The notes under the pieces: model-generated
The model's database searches: none
What the model was told of the DNA's origin: nothing
What the model saw: only the letters and a program-made list of their open reading frames with translations
In this document: positions 49,353-60,531 of the stretch, piece by piece
Position numbering within the stretch: position 1 is the stretch's first letter
Layout: each line of letters begins with the position of its first letter
Program-made: the position numbers and the translations under genes
Origin: Candidatus Fermentithermobacillaceae bacterium
GTDB lineage: Bacteria > Bacillota > Sulfobacillia > Fermentithermobacillales > Fermentithermobacillaceae
Length of the DNA: 64,000 nucleotides
Reading direction: 5' to 3'
Assembly: GCA_018052475.1 (NCBI GenBank)
Contig: JAGPNG010000005.1
Location: forward strand, 11,355-75,354

Positions 49353-49601
49353 TTATCGAACCTCCTTGACTTTGGGCAAGCCTGACTGCGGAACAGGATC
49401 GTAGCCGCCATGAGAAAATGGATTACACCGCAGTAATCTCCACGCTGCAAGAATGACACCCTTAAAAGGGCCATGAATCAATATGGCTTGCCGAGCATAC
49501 TCGGAACACGTGGGATAATATTTACAAGTCGGGTACCGCTTCAAAGGAGAAATGTACTCCTGATAGCACTCGATTAGGTACAAAAGCGCTTTAGTAAGCA
49601 T
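49353..49601 (-). CDS. yidD: membrane protein insertion efficiency factor YidD
   Basis: 82 aa with the CRFYPTCSEY-like motif ([12 protein letters not shown]). Confidence 0.88.
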   Translation of the reverse strand: MLTKALLYLIECYQEYISPLKRYPTCKYYPTCSEYARQAILIHGPFKGVILAAWRLLRCNPFSHGGYDPVPQSGLPKVKEVR

Positions 49602-49925
49602 CTAAATTAATTCCATCCTCTTAAGAAGTTCTTCGACTGCTCTCGATATCTCGTCGTAGGAACACGAAGCGGCTCTGGGTCGGGCAACAATAACAAATTC
49701 TCCTGTCAATTCCAAACCATCCACATGATGCCTAAAACTCTCCTTAATGAGCCTTTTAACCCTGTTGCGCGAAACCGCCTTGCCGACCCGTTTCGAGGCA
49801 ACTACCCCCAACCTTACCGGCAAACGATCCTCAAGATGATACATCACCAGATATCTATTGGCTACTGATCGACCTTCCTCGTACACCCTTCGGTAGGATG
49901 GAGCAGGGAACTTTCCAGATACCAA
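49602..49925 (-). CDS. rnpA: ribonuclease P protein component
   Basis: 107 aa. RNR-like motif VSRNRVKRLIKESFR. Confidence 0.9.
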   Translation of the reverse strand: MVSGKFPAPSYRRVYEEGRSVANRYLVMYHLEDRLPVRLGVVASKRVGKAVSRNRVKRLIKESFRHHVDGLELTGEFVIVARPRAASCSYDEISRAVEELLKRMELI

Positions 49926-50021
49926 ATAACCTGCCTCGCTTCTAATATTACTCCAACTCTTGGCCCAAGGAAAACCTAGAACTAGTAAACCGGACGAAAG
50001 ACCAAACGTCTTCCGCGGCGG

Positions 50022-50156
50022 TTACACAGCCAACCGCTCTCTCTTTTTCTTGCGTCTTCTTTTTATGACTTTCTGCCCACTCTTGCTACTCATTCTAGTC
50101 AAAAAGCCGTGAGTCTTCTGCCTCTTTCTACGCTTTGGTTGATATGTCCTCTTCAT
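50022..50156 (-). CDS. rpmH: 50S ribosomal protein L34 (44 aa: [44 protein letters not shown])
   Basis: Not in the ORF track because it is under 60 aa. Found by translating the minus strand. Canonical L34 N-terminus MKRTYQP and the position upstream of rnpA. Confidence 0.9.
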   Translation of the reverse strand: MKRTYQPKRRKRQKTHGFLTRMSSKSGQKVIKRRRKKKRERLAV

Positions 50157-50678
50157 TGCCCCGTTCCTCCTAACCGTGCTGCTAAAAATAGCCCTTGCGA
50201 TCTACCGAATTATATCTTAGCAATTAGAAAAGTGTCAATAAACCCCGTTCTTACTGGTATTTCTCTAGCATCAACAGTATATTTCCTCCTAATCCAGACA
50301 GATTTCACCACAGTTTTGCCGTTGCGACTTCTGATTTCCCTTGATATAGTCCTATTGAAATGTCATTTCGCTTTTGACAATCGCTCTTACCGCCGTAAAA
50401 CATATCCACACCTGTGGATATGTATGTGCATAACTTGTGAGCTTGTTATACGAATGACACGAGCACGAGTTTTGGACGCGAAAGGGTTGTTCATACTAAC
50501 AAAGCCGCAGTCTTCCTAGTTCGGAACATATTCGTTGATGTATAAGGCCGATTACCGTGGGGTTTTGTTAGATATACTCATCTTTACGCTGTGGTAGGTT
50601 AGATGAGTTTGCAGTGTTGCAGTTTCAAAAAAGGCTTAGAATAAAGAAGAACCGAAAAAATGGTAGGTGAGTTGTAGC
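50157..50678. promoter_or_regulatory. oriC region, rpmH-dnaA intergenic part, containing an inverted pair of DnaA boxes ATATCCACA-cc-TGTGGATAT (50402-50420) and the dnaA promoter region
   Basis: Perfect 9-bp inverted repeat in which each half matches the DnaA box consensus TTATCCACA at 8/9 positions. Confidence 0.6.
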
Positions 50679-52049
50679 ATGAGCAAAGATCTTGACGAGC
50701 TCTGGGATGACACACTTTCCAGAGCTTCTCTGAATTTCTCAAATCCAGGGTTCATCCAAAGTTGGCTTAAAGATACGAAGCCTACCGAGCTAACCGAAAA
50801 CATTCTTACCATTGCCGTTCCGAGCGAATTTGCGAAAAACTGGATTGAAACCCGATATAAAGAGGAACTATATAAAGCATGGGAAGAAGTATATGGGGCG
50901 GCATTGGAGATCCAATTCACAGTTGCTCAGCCCGCTAGACTTGTTCCGGAGACTCTGTTCCCACAAGATGGCAGTAACTCCTTTTCGCAGAAGAAACGTC
51001 CTCAAGAGGATAGGGTAGCCCAGATCAGGCACCTCAACCCAAGATATGTGTTTGAAAACTTCATCGTAGGAACCTCGAATAGGTTTGCACATGCTGCGTC
51101 ATTGGCTGTAGCCGAAAGCCCTTCTAAGGCATACAATCCGCTTTTTCTCTATGGAGGAGTAGGACTTGGTAAGACACACTTAATGCAAGCTATCGCTCAG
51201 TATGTATTTATGCATCACAACAACCTAAAAATCTGTTACGTTTCTTCTGAGGCTTTTACTAACGAACTTATTCTTGCAATCCAGGAAGGTAGAACACCAG
51301 AATTCAGAAACAGATATCGAAGTGCCGATGTACTCTTAGTAGACGACATTCAGTTTGTGGCCGGTAAGGACGCCACACAGGAAGAATTCTTCCACACGTT
51401 CGATGCACTTCACCAATCATCCAAGCAGATAGTAATCTCTTCAGATAGACCGCCGAAAGAAATCGCCACTTTGGAAGAAAGACTACGCACTCGATTCGAA
51501 TGGGGGCTTATCTGTGACATACAACCGCCTGACCTTGAAACACGTATAGCCATTCTCCGCAAAAAAGCCGAGTTAGAAGGAAGAGAAGTTCCTCTTGAAG
51601 TGTGTGAATACATAGCAGAAAACATCACCACGAACATCAGAGAGTTAGAAGGGGCCCTAATTCGCGTGTTGGCCTATACATCTCTAAACAGCAAAGAGGT
51701 AACCTTAGCTACCACTCAGGAAGTTTTGCGAGACCTACTTCCAGAAAAAAAAGTGACACCTGTGACTCTCAGAGGAATACAAGAAGCGGTAGCTGCTCAC
51801 TACAAAATAGGGCTCAGTGATTTTTCAAGTAAGAAACGCACGCGTAGCATCGCATTTCCAAGGCAGGTAGCGATGTATCTTTGCAGAAAACTCACAGACC
51901 TTTCCCTTCCTCAGATAGGTACAGCGTTTGGTGGCAGAGATCATACCACTGTATTACACGCTTGTTCGAAAATCGAATCGGAAATGGGCTCCAGCCCAGA
52001 CCTTGCGCGTACAATAGAGGAATTAACCAAGACAATCAGAGAAGGTTAA
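50679..52049 (+). CDS. dnaA: chromosomal replication initiator protein DnaA
   Basis: AAA+ Walker A GGVGLGKTHL and domain IV IGTAFGGRDHTTVLHA. Start at ATG 50679 (MSKDLDELW) with a GGTAGGTGAG SD. Confidence 0.93.
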   Translation: MSKDLDELWDDTLSRASLNFSNPGFIQSWLKDTKPTELTENILTIAVPSEFAKNWIETRYKEELYKAWEEVYGAALEIQFTVAQPARLVPETLFPQDGSNSFSQKKRPQEDRVAQIRHLNPRYVFENFIVGTSNRFAHAASLAVAESPSKAYNPLFLYGGVGLGKTHLMQAIAQYVFMHHNNLKICYVSSEAFTNELILAIQEGRTPEFRNRYRSADVLLVDDIQFVAGKDATQEEFFHTFDALHQSSKQIVISSDRPPKEIATLEERLRTRFEWGLICDIQPPDLETRIAILRKKAELEGREVPLEVCEYIAENITTNIRELEGALIRVLAYTSLNSKEVTLATTQEVLRDLLPEKKVTPVTLRGIQEAVAAHYKIGLSDFSSKKRTRSIAFPRQVAMYLCRKLTDLSLPQIGTAFGGRDHTTVLHACSKIESEMGSSPDLARTIEELTKTIREG

Positions 52050-52348
52050 AAACGTCTCTGTGCAGAATTATGTGGATAGACATAGGATTACTTGTGGAGG
52101 AGTTGTGTACAAGATGACCAGCGCCGGATTTTCTTCTTCTTATCCAGATCTCTTCACAATCCGTACACATCTCCATCCACAGAGAAGATCCACAAGTTTC
52201 ATAGGAGAGAGATACATCTTCCACAAATTCACACCCTCTATTACTACTACTGTTTTTGAGATATACACATCAATAATAGATAAGGAAGGTATTTTTCTTG
52301 TGCAAACTTCACAAGAACGAGAATTGATAACGATAGGGAGGCCTATAT
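52050..52348. promoter_or_regulatory. oriC region, dnaA-dnaN intergenic part: cluster of DnaA-box-like 9-mers (TGTGGATAg 52071, TTATCCAGA 52139, cATCCACAg 52174, gATCCACAA 52188, TTCCACAAA 52219) followed by an AT-rich unwinding element (about 52251-52300)
   Basis: Box motifs read directly from the sequence. The AT-rich run ATATACACATCAATAATAGATAAGGAAGGTATTTTT lies just upstream of dnaN, as in Firmicutes oriC. Confidence 0.65.
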
Positions 52349-53485
52349 ATGCATTTCACCATACCTAAGGAAAAACTAGCATGGCTTCTTCAAACAGCAT
52401 CACGTCCCATACCGGCACGTAGTACCTTACCGTCTCTAAAGGGTTGCCTTATTGAAGCCCTTTCAGACAGAGTAATCTTCTCCGGTACAAACCTCGATTG
52501 GGGAGTAAAGGTGTCGTCAGAGGCAGACGTACTTTCTTCGGGATCGCTTGTGGTGTCCTCCAAGATCTTGGAGGACATAGTAAGGACTATTTCGTTGCCT
52601 GAGGTTACTCTTTCGCTAGATGAATCAGCGTGGGCTCTTACTGTGAAAGCGGGCAATTCAGAAATAGTCCTCAACGCAGTGCCGGCGGAAGATTTTCCAA
52701 AGTGGCCGGAACCTCCTGGCAAGGAAAGCATATCTCTGAAAGATAAGATCTTCAAAGAACTGGTAAGAGTTGGTTCAACCTGCGCAGTCACTAATCCGGC
52801 AAGACCCCTTTGGGGTGCATGCCTTATAGATCTGCTGGGTGATAGAATTGTCCTTGTGAGTACGGACCAGTTTGCCCTGTCTCAAGCTCAGATACGAGCC
52901 AATGTTCCGAAGGCACGCGCTATTGTTCCCGCAAACGTGCTTCAAGATATTTCAAGGCTTAAAGATGTGGATGATGGCGATGAAATCTCATTGGAGCTTG
53001 CAGGAGGTTATCTCTACCTCTCAGGAAAGAACTTTTCTAGTTTTAGCAGATTGATTGAAGGACAGTACTACGCATATGATCAAGTTATTCCAAAATCATG
53101 TGCCTCTAGCGCTAAGGTGACAACCAGCGAGATAGCGGGTGCGGCTTCTCGGGCTGCGATCGTCGCTAGTGAAGAGGATAGAGCGATGAGGATTATTCTT
53201 GATAAAACTAATCAGACAGTGACAGTGAAAGCAGCTTCACCCGAAAAAGGGAAAATGGAAGAAGTGCTGCCGGCTTCGGTGACTGGGGAAGACGTAGAGA
53301 TTTGGGTGCAGCACAAGTATGTTATTCAAGCATTAAGCAGGATCAGTGACGAAGAAGTGTCTCTTGGAATGACTGGGCAAGTTAGCCCAATGGTTATTGA
53401 GCCGGTGAGGAAGGAAACACCCTCCCAAGACTCGGTTCTATCTACGTTTGTGATTATGCCTATGAGTCCTAAAGGAGCCTTTTAG
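52349..53485 (+). CDS. dnaN: DNA polymerase III beta sliding clamp
   Basis: 378 aa with three-domain clamp architecture. MHFTIPKEKL N-terminus. Confidence 0.92.
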   Translation: MHFTIPKEKLAWLLQTASRPIPARSTLPSLKGCLIEALSDRVIFSGTNLDWGVKVSSEADVLSSGSLVVSSKILEDIVRTISLPEVTLSLDESAWALTVKAGNSEIVLNAVPAEDFPKWPEPPGKESISLKDKIFKELVRVGSTCAVTNPARPLWGACLIDLLGDRIVLVSTDQFALSQAQIRANVPKARAIVPANVLQDISRLKDVDDGDEISLELAGGYLYLSGKNFSSFSRLIEGQYYAYDQVIPKSCASSAKVTTSEIAGAASRAAIVASEEDRAMRIILDKTNQTVTVKAASPEKGKMEEVLPASVTGEDVEIWVQHKYVIQALSRISDEEVSLGMTGQVSPMVIEPVRKETPSQDSVLSTFVIMPMSPKGAF

Positions 53486-53488
53486 ATA

Positions 53489-54595
53489 GTGCGGTTTTCT
53501 TTTGTCTATTTGAACAATTTCCGCAACTATCGGAAATTGGAACTTGAGATACCCAAGGGTGCGTCACTTTTTATAGGGAAAAACGCCCAGGGCAAGACAA
53601 ACTTGCTTGAGGCTTTTTATTATCTTTCTTCCCTCAGTTCACCAAGATCTGAGAAAGAATCAGACCTAGCATATTGGGGAGAAACGTCTTTTTCCGTAGG
53701 TGCCAGACTCGAAGAGGCTGGAGCCACCAACACGATTGAAGTAGAAACGCGGGTTATCCCATCAGTTCGGCGAACCATCCGCATAAACGACCGAGCTGCG
53801 AAGAGACAGGAGCTTCTGTCGATATGTCCATGTGTTTACTTCTCACCTGACGATCTTTACATAGCAAAAGGCAGTTCGAGTGTGAGACGCTCCTTTATGG
53901 ATTCCCTTCTTTCAAGACAAGATCCTGTTTATTCACGGCAGTTGTCACGGTATAATAGCACGGTCTCGCGGCGTAATATGGTTCTAAAGAGAGCGAATCA
54001 AGATCCTTCGTGGGCGAAGAGTCTCGATAGTATAGATGAGCTTTTGATAAATATTGGGTCTGAGATCATCGAGAAGCGTTCGATATTGGCCGAGAAGTTA
54101 GATACACTGGTTAAGGAAAGCTACAGACTTATGTCTATGGATGGTTGCGAGATACGATATATATCTACCATAGGTGATATCCCAGACGGTATAACTGGTA
54201 TTCGCGAGGAGTTCTCAACCAAACTAAAAAGCGTTTCCAAGGAAGAGCGTGCTCGGGGTATAACTTTAATGGGTCCTCATAGAGACGAGTTACTTCTATC
54301 GTTCCACGGCAAGACTTTCCGCTACTTCGGTTCTCAGGGTCAGCAACGAAGCGTTGTGCTTGGGCTCAAAATGGCAGAGGCGCATATTCTAGAAGAAACT
54401 TTTAACACGAAGCCTGTTCTCTTATTGGACGATGTGCTTTCTGAGCTTGACTCTGACAGAAGGACAAAAGTCGTCTCTTTGTGTGACATGGGGTATCAGA
54501 TCCTTATGACTTCGACTGAGGCTTCCGGAGTAGACCAGTCTAGATTCTCTAGGTTCGTAGTGGAAAACGGTACTTTATACACCGAGGTACTATAA
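53489..54595 (+). CDS. recF: DNA replication and repair protein RecF
   Basis: NFRNY motif, Walker A GKNAQGKTN, and signature/Walker B LLLDDVLSELD. GTG start overlaps the dnaN end. Confidence 0.92.
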   Translation: MRFSFVYLNNFRNYRKLELEIPKGASLFIGKNAQGKTNLLEAFYYLSSLSSPRSEKESDLAYWGETSFSVGARLEEAGATNTIEVETRVIPSVRRTIRINDRAAKRQELLSICPCVYFSPDDLYIAKGSSSVRRSFMDSLLSRQDPVYSRQLSRYNSTVSRRNMVLKRANQDPSWAKSLDSIDELLINIGSEIIEKRSILAEKLDTLVKESYRLMSMDGCEIRYISTIGDIPDGITGIREEFSTKLKSVSKEERARGITLMGPHRDELLLSFHGKTFRYFGSQGQQRSVVLGLKMAEAHILEETFNTKPVLLLDDVLSELDSDRRTKVVSLCDMGYQILMTSTEASGVDQSRFSRFVVENGTLYTEVL

Positions 54596-54611
54596 AGATT
54601 GGAGCCATTAC

Positions 54612-55556
54612 ATGCGGCCACCTGAACCAGTTGATTCTGTAATAGAAAAAGTTCTGAGCGGCATGGATCTTCTGACCCAGACTAGAAGGTATCAGATATT
54701 CTATTACTGGCCGAAGATAATGGGGGATATCAGCGATCACGCTAAACCGCGGCGCATCGATGGTGACGTCTTGTATGTAGCGACGTCATCGTCTACATGG
54801 GCGCAAGAACTAACCATGATGAAAAGGGATATCATTAAAAAAATAGAGAGCACTTTAGGCGGAAAGTACATAAATGACATCTATTTCTCGGAGCATCTTT
54901 GGGGCACGACGGAAACTGAGAACAGCTTATCTGCCCAGAACGGGGCTTTGGAAAGAGATTTCTATTATAAAGAGTACAAAGCATTCAAATCGAAGAACGT
55001 CTCTCGCGTAAAGAAAGAATTGGCGCAATTGCAGGCATCAGAAGTCCTCCAAAATGATCCAAGATTGTCCTTGACTTTCCAGAAGTTTACTGTTACTATG
55101 AATATTAGGCAAGAGTATCTTTTGCAGCAGGGTTATAAGAAATGCCCTGTCTGCGGATATTTATATAATCCTAAAAAGGTGTGTCCCCACTGCAGAAATG
55201 CCCGGGAATACGAGAACCATCAGCGAATATTATCTATCCTTAAGCACCATCCTGAGATATCGGATGACGGTCTGTCCAAAGCTACAGGGATCGCTGATAG
55301 ACTTCAATTTGAGAGAGCTCGCGGAGAATTCGACTCCAAGTTGCAGGATATGGTGACAAATGGGGTGTTCAAAGCAATATCCGGGTCCTTGTCTAAGGAG
55401 GAAAAAGATCAGCTCCGAGATTCGGTGCAAGACCTACTAAAGCTTCGTACTGGCAAGACCGTGCAGAACTTGACCGAAGGAGAGATAAAAGAAGCCATCG
55501 GGAAGAGGCTTTTTCAGCTGATCAAAAGAGCCGGGGTGAATATTAATAATCATTAA
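54612..55556 (+). CDS. DUF721 (DciA/RemB/YaaB-like) domain protein with a ~200-aa C-terminal extension containing a CxxC...CxxC zinc ribbon
   Basis: The N-terminal 100 aa (RRYQIFYYWPKIMGD...GDVLYVATSSSTWAQELTMMKRDI) match the DUF721 core found between recF and gyrB. The extension has CPVCGYLYNPKKVCPHCRN and a charged helical tail. Confidence 0.7.
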   Translation: MRPPEPVDSVIEKVLSGMDLLTQTRRYQIFYYWPKIMGDISDHAKPRRIDGDVLYVATSSSTWAQELTMMKRDIIKKIESTLGGKYINDIYFSEHLWGTTETENSLSAQNGALERDFYYKEYKAFKSKNVSRVKKELAQLQASEVLQNDPRLSLTFQKFTVTMNIRQEYLLQQGYKKCPVCGYLYNPKKVCPHCRNAREYENHQRILSILKHHPEISDDGLSKATGIADRLQFERARGEFDSKLQDMVTNGVFKAISGSLSKEEKDQLRDSVQDLLKLRTGKTVQNLTEGEIKEAIGKRLFQLIKRAGVNINNH

Positions 55557-55655
55557 ATGATAACAATCCTGCAATTCCAAGCGATCATTTGATGTCAGCC
55601 TGCATTTTAGCGAACATGGATTCCCGGCGTGAACTGTGCTAACATCTAGAAGTGA

Positions 55656-57599
<1,944 letters not shown>

Positions 57600-57615
57600 A
57601 AGGGGAGCTTTATCG

Positions 57616-60045
57616 ATGACAGACACTGCTCAGAAAATAGTTGTAGCACCAATAGAAGAAGAGATGAAACGCTCTTACATTGACTATTCTATGAGCGTTA
57701 TCGTCTCTAGAGCTCTTCCTGATGTGCGTGATGGTCTAAAGCCTGTTCAGCGAAGGATCATCTATTCCATGAATGAGCTTGGTGTAAGACACGATAAGCC
57801 GCACAAAAAATGTGCCAGGCTTGTAGGAGAGGCCATGGGAAAATACCATCCCCATGGCGATCAAGCGATCTACGACGCTCTTGCAAGAATGGCGCAACCT
57901 TTCAACATGCGGTATCCCCTTGTAGATGGGCACGGCAACTTTGGTTCAGTTGACGGAGATCCACCGGCTGCCATGCGTTACACTGAAGCAAGACTAACAG
58001 CGATAGCAGAGGAACTTCTCGTGGATTTGGACAAAGAAACGGTTGACTTTGTGCCAAACTTCGACGATTCACTCAAGGAACCAGCGGTGCTACCTTCCCG
58101 AATTCCAAACCTACTCGTAAATGGATCAGCCGGAATTGCTGTAGGTATGGCAACAAACATACCGCCGCATAATCTAAATGAAACGATAGATGCACTGGTT
58201 GCGTTAATTGAAAATCCGGACCTGAGTTCCCTCGAGCTTATGAAGCATATTAAAGGACCCGACTTTCCCACGGGCGGTCTAATAGTTGGGCTGGAACCCG
58301 TAAGGTCCTTATATACTACAGGCCGGGGAATCATGAAGGTCCGAGCCAAGGCCCGGATCGAGAAAGAAAAAACAGGAAAGCAATTAATAATTGTAGATGA
58401 GCTTCCATATCAGGTGAACAAGGCCAAGTTGATAGAAAACATAGCCGAGCTTGTGCGGGAGAAAAAAATCCAAGGTATTGCTGATTTAAGAGATGAAAGC
58501 GACAAAAGTGGACTAAGGATAGTTGTCGAGGTAAGGAAAGATGTCGATGCCAAAGTAGTGCTGAACCAACTTTTCAAGCATACTTCCATGGAAGTTAGCT
58601 TCGGGGGTATAATGCTTGCCCTGGTGAATGGGCGGCCTGAAGTGTTAACACTCAGAGATATGCTCTTTCACTACATATCGCACAGGGAAGAGGTTGTTAC
58701 CCGCCGCACTAGATACGAACTTAGGAAAGCCGAAGAAAGAGCTCATATTCTAGCCGGACTGGAGATAGCCCTCGCCAACCTCGATGAAGTGATTGCCATA
58801 ATAAGGCAGTCGGCAGATGGGCAAGAGGCAAGAGAAAGACTGATGGGAAGGTTCAATCTCGACGAGATACAAGCAAAAGCTATCCTGGATATGAGGCTCG
58901 AACGGTTAACAAGCCTCGAGAGAGATAAGATCATCGAAGAACGGCGAGCATTACTTAAAGAAATTGAGTATTTAAGAGCCGTCCTGAGTTCAGAAAAAAT
59001 GATACTAGGCATCGTCAAACAAGAATTGGAGGATGTCAAGGCAAAATACGGAGATCCTCGTCGTACCCGTATTTTGGCAAAAGCTGAAGAAATTCAAGAC
59101 GAAGATCTCATAGTTGAACAAGAAGTATCTGTAATTTTGACCGGCATGGGATACATCAAGCGCATGCCCCTAGATGTCTATAGGAATCAACGAAGGGGTG
59201 GATTTGGCTCTACGGCTATGCAGACACGAGACGAGGATTGGGTGGAGAAAGTAGTCTCCACAACCACCCGGGATTCTCTACTCCTATTTACTTCGCACGG
59301 TAAGGCGTACTCACTCAGAGTTTTTGATATACCCGAAGCTGGTAAACAGGCCAAAGGGCACCTTTTGTCCAGGCTTGTTGCGCTAGACAAAGATGAAAAG
59401 GTGACCGCGCTCATCCCGATTCCTTCCGACCCGGAAAATGCCGGGGACTTGTTCTTTGTCACCAAATATGGCATGTGCAAAAGAACGCCGTTTGCGGAAT
59501 ACTCGAGGCCTAGGAAGACGGGTCTCAAAGCGATAAACCTAAAGAAAGGTGATTCCCTCATCCTAGCTCGACTTGTTGAAGACGGGGATCAAGTTCTGAT
59601 TGGAACTTCTATGGGCAAAGGCCTCAGAATGCAAGTCGATGACGTTAGGCCCATGGGCAGGACCGCTACAGGAGTGATAGGGATAAGGCTTGAAGATGAC
59701 GACTATGTCATAGGCGCAGACCCTGTTGCTCCGGATTCCAATGTGCTGCTCGTAAGCGAATTTGGGTACGGTAAGATAACAAAAGCTTCAGACTTCCCTC
59801 TTCAGAAACGCGGGGGGAAAGGAGTCATAGCCCTCAAAGTAACTGAAAAGAGCGGTCGGCTAGCTATAATGCGAGTAGTCTCGTCAAAGGCAGAGGAGGC
59901 TTTGCTCGTTACTGCAGAAGGGATAGCAATTCGGATCAGGCTATCGGAGGTCAAGATCAGCCGCCGAGCAAATCTAGGCGTTCGTCTGATGAAGATAGAA
60001 CCGGAAGATAGGTTGAGTGCATGTAGCATTATTGAAGGAGAATGA
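57616..60045 (+). CDS. gyrA: DNA gyrase subunit A
   Basis: Active-site Tyr region ([10 protein letters not shown]) and GyrA-box/beta-pinwheel repeats. 809 aa. Confidence 0.93.
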   Translation: MTDTAQKIVVAPIEEEMKRSYIDYSMSVIVSRALPDVRDGLKPVQRRIIYSMNELGVRHDKPHKKCARLVGEAMGKYHPHGDQAIYDALARMAQPFNMRYPLVDGHGNFGSVDGDPPAAMRYTEARLTAIAEELLVDLDKETVDFVPNFDDSLKEPAVLPSRIPNLLVNGSAGIAVGMATNIPPHNLNETIDALVALIENPDLSSLELMKHIKGPDFPTGGLIVGLEPVRSLYTTGRGIMKVRAKARIEKEKTGKQLIIVDELPYQVNKAKLIENIAELVREKKIQGIADLRDESDKSGLRIVVEVRKDVDAKVVLNQLFKHTSMEVSFGGIMLALVNGRPEVLTLRDMLFHYISHREEVVTRRTRYELRKAEERAHILAGLEIALANLDEVIAIIRQSADGQEARERLMGRFNLDEIQAKAILDMRLERLTSLERDKIIEERRALLKEIEYLRAVLSSEKMILGIVKQELEDVKAKYGDPRRTRILAKAEEIQDEDLIVEQEVSVILTGMGYIKRMPLDVYRNQRRGGFGSTAMQTRDEDWVEKVVSTTTRDSLLLFTSHGKAYSLRVFDIPEAGKQAKGHLLSRLVALDKDEKVTALIPIPSDPENAGDLFFVTKYGMCKRTPFAEYSRPRKTGLKAINLKKGDSLILARLVEDGDQVLIGTSMGKGLRMQVDDVRPMGRTATGVIGIRLEDDDYVIGADPVAPDSNVLLVSEFGYGKITKASDFPLQKRGGKGVIALKVTEKSGRLAIMRVVSSKAEEALLVTAEGIAIRIRLSEVKISRRANLGVRLMKIEPEDRLSACSIIEGE

Positions 60046-60054
60046 CCCCATGGG

Positions 60055-60489
60055 GTAGGTTTCGAGATCATAAGCCATGTCGCAGATGTCACGGTCAAAG
60101 CCTGGGGAACTTGCCTATCGGATGTGTTTGTCCAGATCTCAAAGGGTATGTGGTCACTTATACTAGGCGACCACATTGTTCCTTGTAAGAGAAAATGGAT
60201 CATCGAAACATATGCCATGGATATAGAGGAACTCTTGGTTAATTTCCTCAACGAACAGATTCTACTTCTAGAAGTAAAGGGGCTAGCTGTCTCTGACATT
60301 GAGGAGATCGTCATAGAGCAAGTAGGTACATCGGAGAGCGCTTCAGGATGTGAGTTTCACCTAAGGTCAACTATGTTGGGTAGCCGTATATCTGAAGTGA
60401 CTATCGAACCCGAGATCCAGGTTAAGGCAGCCACTTTTTACGAAATTGAGGTCAGCCCTACACATGCCCAAGTCACCTTTGACGTCTAG
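60055..60489 (+). CDS. archease (RtcB activator); the conserved N-terminus GFEIISHVADV is in frame from 60055 but there is no in-frame canonical start, and a well-placed ATG at 60050 is 1 nt out of frame
   Basis: Archease N-terminal motif FE.I.H.ADV.V.A.G..L. The ORF track only calls it from GTG 60124, which would delete that motif. It lies upstream of rtcB, as expected for archease. Confidence 0.6.
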   Translation, partial: VGFEIISHVADVTVKAWGTCLSDVFVQISKGMWSLILGDHIVPCKRKWIIETYAMDIEELLVNFLNEQILLLEVKGLAVSDIEEIVIEQVGTSESASGCEFHLRSTMLGSRISEVTIEPEIQVKAATFYEIEVSPTHAQVTFDV

Positions 60490-60531
60490 ATACTATGGTG
60501 TCTGACTGTGTCTATCGGATAGAAGGATACT

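Noticed and set aside
50109-50519. 136-aa plus-strand ORF
   Set aside because: It overlaps rpmH antisense and runs through the oriC DnaA-box region. rpmH on the opposite strand matches L34 exactly.
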